DNA of 64,000 nucleotides from Escherichia coli (GTDB lineage Bacteria; Pseudomonadota; Gammaproteobacteria; Enterobacterales; Enterobacteriaceae): NCBI RefSeq assembly GCF_016903815.1, contig NZ_CP069973.1; one strand, 5' to 3'. Shown piece by piece: positions 60,697 to 64,000 of this stretch (position 1 is its first letter; each line of letters starts with the position of its first letter). The notes under the pieces were generated by a model. It saw only the letters and a program-made list of their open reading frames with translations, ran no database searches and was not told where the DNA came from. The position numbers and the translations under genes were made by a program.

Positions 60697-61818
60697 TTAT
60701 GACTCCAGCGCGATCGCCACGTCGTAGCCGTGAGATTTCAGCAGAGAGTGTTTTTTCGCCGCTTCGAGGTCATTAGCCACCATTTCAGACACCATCTCTC
60801 TGAGGGTGATTTCCGGTTTCCAGCCCAGTTTTTCGTGCGCTTTGGTCGGGTCGCCGAGCAGCGTTTCAACTTCCGCCGGACGGAAGTAACGCGGGTCAAC
60901 GGCGATAATCACATCGCCCGGTTTAACGCCCGGCGCGTCATGCCCGGTGACGGAAACCACAATGCCCTTCTCTTCAACGCCCGTGCCTTCAAAGCGCAGT
61001 TTGATGCCCAGCTGTGCTGCCGCCATTTCCACGAACTGACGTACGGAGTACTGAACGCCGGTCGCGATAACGAAATCTTCTGGCTGTTCCTGTTGCAGCA
61101 TCATCCACTGCATTTTTACGTAGTCTTTGGCGTGGCCCCAGTCACGCAGGGAATCCATATTGCCGAGGTACAGGCACGACTCCAGCCCCTGGGCGATGTT
61201 GGCGATTGCGCGGGTGATTTTGCGGGTAACGAAGGTTTCGCCGCGGCGCGGGGATTCATGGTTGAAGAGAATACCGTTACAGGCGTACATGCCGTAGGAT
61301 TCGCGGTAGTTAACGGTGATCCAGTAGGCATACAGTTTGGCGACCGCATACGGAGATCGCGGGTAGAACGGCGTGGTTTCTTTCTGCGGAATTTCCTGCA
61401 CCAGACCGTACAGTTCAGAGGTGGAAGCCTGATAGAAACGGGTTTTCTTTTCCAGACCGAGGAAGCGGATCGCCTCCAGCAGGCGCAGCGTACCCATCGC
61501 GTCGACGTCAGCGGTATATTCCGGTGACTCAAAAGAAACCGCAACGTGGCTCATTGCGCCCAGGTTGTACACTTCATCCGGCTGCACTTCACGCAAAATG
61601 CGCGTCAGGTTGGAGGTATCACTCAGGTCGCCATAATGCAGATGGAATTTCGGGTTGCAGGTGTGCGGATCCTGATAAATGTGATCCACGCGCTCGGTGT
61701 TGAATGACGATGCACGACGCTTAATACCATGCACCTCGTAACCTTTTTCCAGCAGAAACTCTGCCAGGTAAGAACCGTCTTGTCCGGTTACACCGGTGAT
61801 GAGAGCGACTTTTGACAT
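60697..61818 (-). CDS. gmd: GDP-mannose 4,6-dehydratase
   Basis: [23 protein letters not shown]. Confidence 0.95.
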
Positions 61819-61843
61819 GTCTTATTCCTCTGTATTTTTGAAT

Positions 61844-62392
61844 TTATTCAGTTTCAACGCGTTCGCGTATCACCACTGCGGGATTCCCCCGGCAAACCAC
61901 ATTTGCCGGAAGCGATTTAAAAACACTGCTTCGTGCACCCACGACGGTGCCGTAGCCAATCGTGACGCCTGGGGCAACAAAGACATCGGTTGCCAGCCAG
62001 CATTTCTCGCCAATCACAATAGGCGTGGCGTTAATGGTGAAATGTTGACTTGCATGGTCGTGGCTACCGGTGCATAAATAACTTTTTTGCGATATCACCG
62101 AATGTGCGCCAATGGTTATTTCACCGAGGGTATATAAATTGACGTCATCGCCGACCCACGCGTAATCACCTAAGGTTAATTTCCACGGATAGGTAATTTT
62201 TACTGACGGACGAATAACTACGTTTTTTCCTATTTTTGCTCCGAATAAACGTAATAAAAAAGCCCGCCAGCGATACAATACTTGTGGCGACCAGGCAAAT
62301 ATTGTTGCCTGTACTGCCCACCATAATTGCACTTTAATAGCGTTGCCGCCCCGGAACCCTTTCGGCACCGAGAAACCGCTTAAATCTTGCAT
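61844..62392 (-). CDS. wcaF: Colanic acid acetyltransferase WcaF
   Basis: 182 aa hexapeptide-repeat protein. Confidence 0.9.
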   Translation of the reverse strand: MQDLSGFSVPKGFRGGNAIKVQLWWAVQATIFAWSPQVLYRWRAFLLRLFGAKIGKNVVIRPSVKITYPWKLTLGDYAWVGDDVNLYTLGEITIGAHSVISQKSYLCTGSHDHASQHFTINATPIVIGEKCWLATDVFVAPGVTIGYGTVVGARSSVFKSLPANVVCRGNPAVVIRERVETE

Positions 62393-62407
62393 TGGTTTTC
62401 CTTATAT

Positions 62408-63154
62408 TCAGACTTTGTTATATAAGGCTTTCGTCTTTGAGGTAGTACGTTGGCGTAAATGCCAGGATAATTCAGCCCAGAAGCCAGGCACATGTAATAT
62501 TTGTCGTTGGACTTTTTTCGCGTCAGCACACAATTCCATATTATTGGTGGTTGATACCCCACCCATGGAAAATTCAGACACCAGGCCATTGAGTTTTTTA
62601 AATGCATAACCGGCTTTATACATTTTGGCTGCCAGCGCGTAGTCGGAAGAAACTTTATATTCCAGGTCATAACGCCATTTTTTCAAGCCGGATACAGGGA
62701 AAAATATCGCCTGATGACTGGCGGGCAGGCTGTGATAAATATACCAGCCCGGTTTGGCGCTACGTTTAATTTTATGCCCGTCGCCAAAATCCAGCAGCGC
62801 ATCGCCGGTGATCATCATGTTATCTTTTTGCATTTTTAACTTACGGACAAAATTTGCGGCATCCTGATGAAAAATATCGCCCGAATTGAGAAACAACGCG
62901 AACTTGCCTTGTGCCATCGTAATGCCTTTGTTCATGGCGTCGTAGATACCGTTATCTGGCTCGCTGACAAAGCGTAGGTTATAGATACCATTGAGATTTT
63001 CCAGATACTCACGGGTGCCGTCATTGGAACCGCCATCGACAACAATCCATTCGAAGCTGATATCTTCCGCCTGCGCCAGATGCGCCAGCGAGGCATGTGT
63101 TTTGACTATCCCTTCGAGGTTACGAAACGCGACAGTGATTATGCTAAGCAACAT
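62408..63154 (-). CDS. wcaE: Colanic acid glycosyltransferase WcaE (GT2)
   Basis: 248 aa. Confidence 0.9.
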   Translation of the reverse strand: MLLSIITVAFRNLEGIVKTHASLAHLAQAEDISFEWIVVDGGSNDGTREYLENLNGIYNLRFVSEPDNGIYDAMNKGITMAQGKFALFLNSGDIFHQDAANFVRKLKMQKDNMMITGDALLDFGDGHKIKRSAKPGWYIYHSLPASHQAIFFPVSGLKKWRYDLEYKVSSDYALAAKMYKAGYAFKKLNGLVSEFSMGGVSTTNNMELCADAKKVQRQILHVPGFWAELSWHLRQRTTSKTKALYNKV

Positions 63155-63164
63155 GTTCTTATTC

Positions 63165-64000
63165 TTACCTCGTAATATTTAACGCTTTTCGCAAAATAAA
63201 CGGACAGACGATTAAAAATGCATATTCCGGGCTAAATATCGAACCGGTAAAAAACAGCGATACCGGAGTAAAAAGATATAATTGCACGCGAAAATTGCGG
63301 TTATCACCAAAAGCGTTGATCATCATTTTTATCACTTTCCCCATGTACCACAGCGATAAAAACACTGCGAACCAGGAAAAATAAATAATCAGCAGATACA
63401 AACCATTGTCTATGGTTTTTCCGACATCCGCACCGTTAAATATTCCGAATGATGCGACGTATTCATAAAGTGAGCCAAATCTGACTACACCGTCAATATG
63501 GGTCAAAGAATAACCGACCATCACCAGCGGACCGACAATACGATAATACGATGACGATCCTTCCGTACCTAAATCGCCCAGACGGGTGGAAATATAAGGA
63601 AACGCGATTACCACACCAACCAGGAATACAGCCAGAGAAATCAATGCCAACGGTAACTTTTTCTTAATCGCCTCTTTATTCAGATATTGAAATGCCCACT
63701 CCAGCAAATAAAACAGGATAAAGGTCATAACCCCTGAAAACGATCCGGATAATATTATCCCTGCGAGAATCATAGCATCGGTTTTAGGCGTTTTGATACC
63801 AAACTGTTTGATGCTGAGCCAAATTGAGATTAATGCCAGAGCGAAAAATGCCGGTTCGAAATAAAGTGCTGTCGTGCGCTTGCCGCCGAATTTAATGAAA
63901 TTCAGTACATAGCTGTTGCTGTAAATCAGATATTTCGAAATCGACTCCATAATACTGCTGCCACCGGTGAGGATAATTTGCGCCATCTCCACCGCCGCCA
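63165..64000 (-). CDS. wcaD: Colanic acid polymerase WcaD, partial; N-terminus lies beyond the window
   Basis: Polytopic membrane ORF open to the window edge. Confidence 0.85.
   Translation of the reverse strand, partial: AAVEMAQIILTGGSSIMESISKYLIYSNSYVLNFIKFGGKRTTALYFEPAFFALALISIWLSIKQFGIKTPKTDAMILAGIILSGSFSGVMTFILFYLLEWAFQYLNKEAIKKKLPLALISLAVFLVGVVIAFPYISTRLGDLGTEGSSSYYRIVGPLVMVGYSLTHIDGVVRFGSLYEYVASFGIFNGADVGKTIDNGLYLLIIYFSWFAVFLSLWYMGKVIKMMINAFGDNRNFRVQLYLFTPVSLFFTGSIFSPEYAFLIVCPFILRKALNITR

Overview
This window reads as an Escherichia coli chromosomal segment, identified from recalled protein families and gene order rather than any database search. It has three parts. (1) 1-10100 is a CP4-44/CP4-57-like integrative-element remnant (roughly 55% GC by eye): a tightly coupled three-gene operon (dynamin-like large GTPase, helical partner, patatin-like phospholipase), two small low-GC secreted proteins, then a DUF932 / antirestriction / RadC-like / YeeT / CbeA / CbtA / YeeW module and transposase/EutP-like remnants. 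(2) 10193-28386 is conserved core: yeeX, yeeA, sbmC, dacD, sbcB, yeeD, yeeE, plaP, yeeY, yeeZ, yoeB-yefM and the complete his operon hisLGDCBHAFI. (3) 28484-64000 is the surface-polysaccharide region: wzzB split by a complete 1310-bp IS629-like element, ugd, an IS200-like element, gnd, a low-GC rmlBDAC-type O-antigen cluster, galF, a gne-like epimerase, and the colanic acid genes wcaM through a partial wcaD. The strongest candidate for an undescribed system is the GTPase/partner/phospholipase operon at 211-4576, which sits behind a cluster of three GATC-containing palindromes and looks like a defence or abortive-infection module; this is inference from motifs and context. Other points worth a second look are a G7 tract that fuses two small secreted ORFs, a frameshifted cbtA toxin beside an intact cbeA antitoxin, and the IS629 disruption of wzzB.
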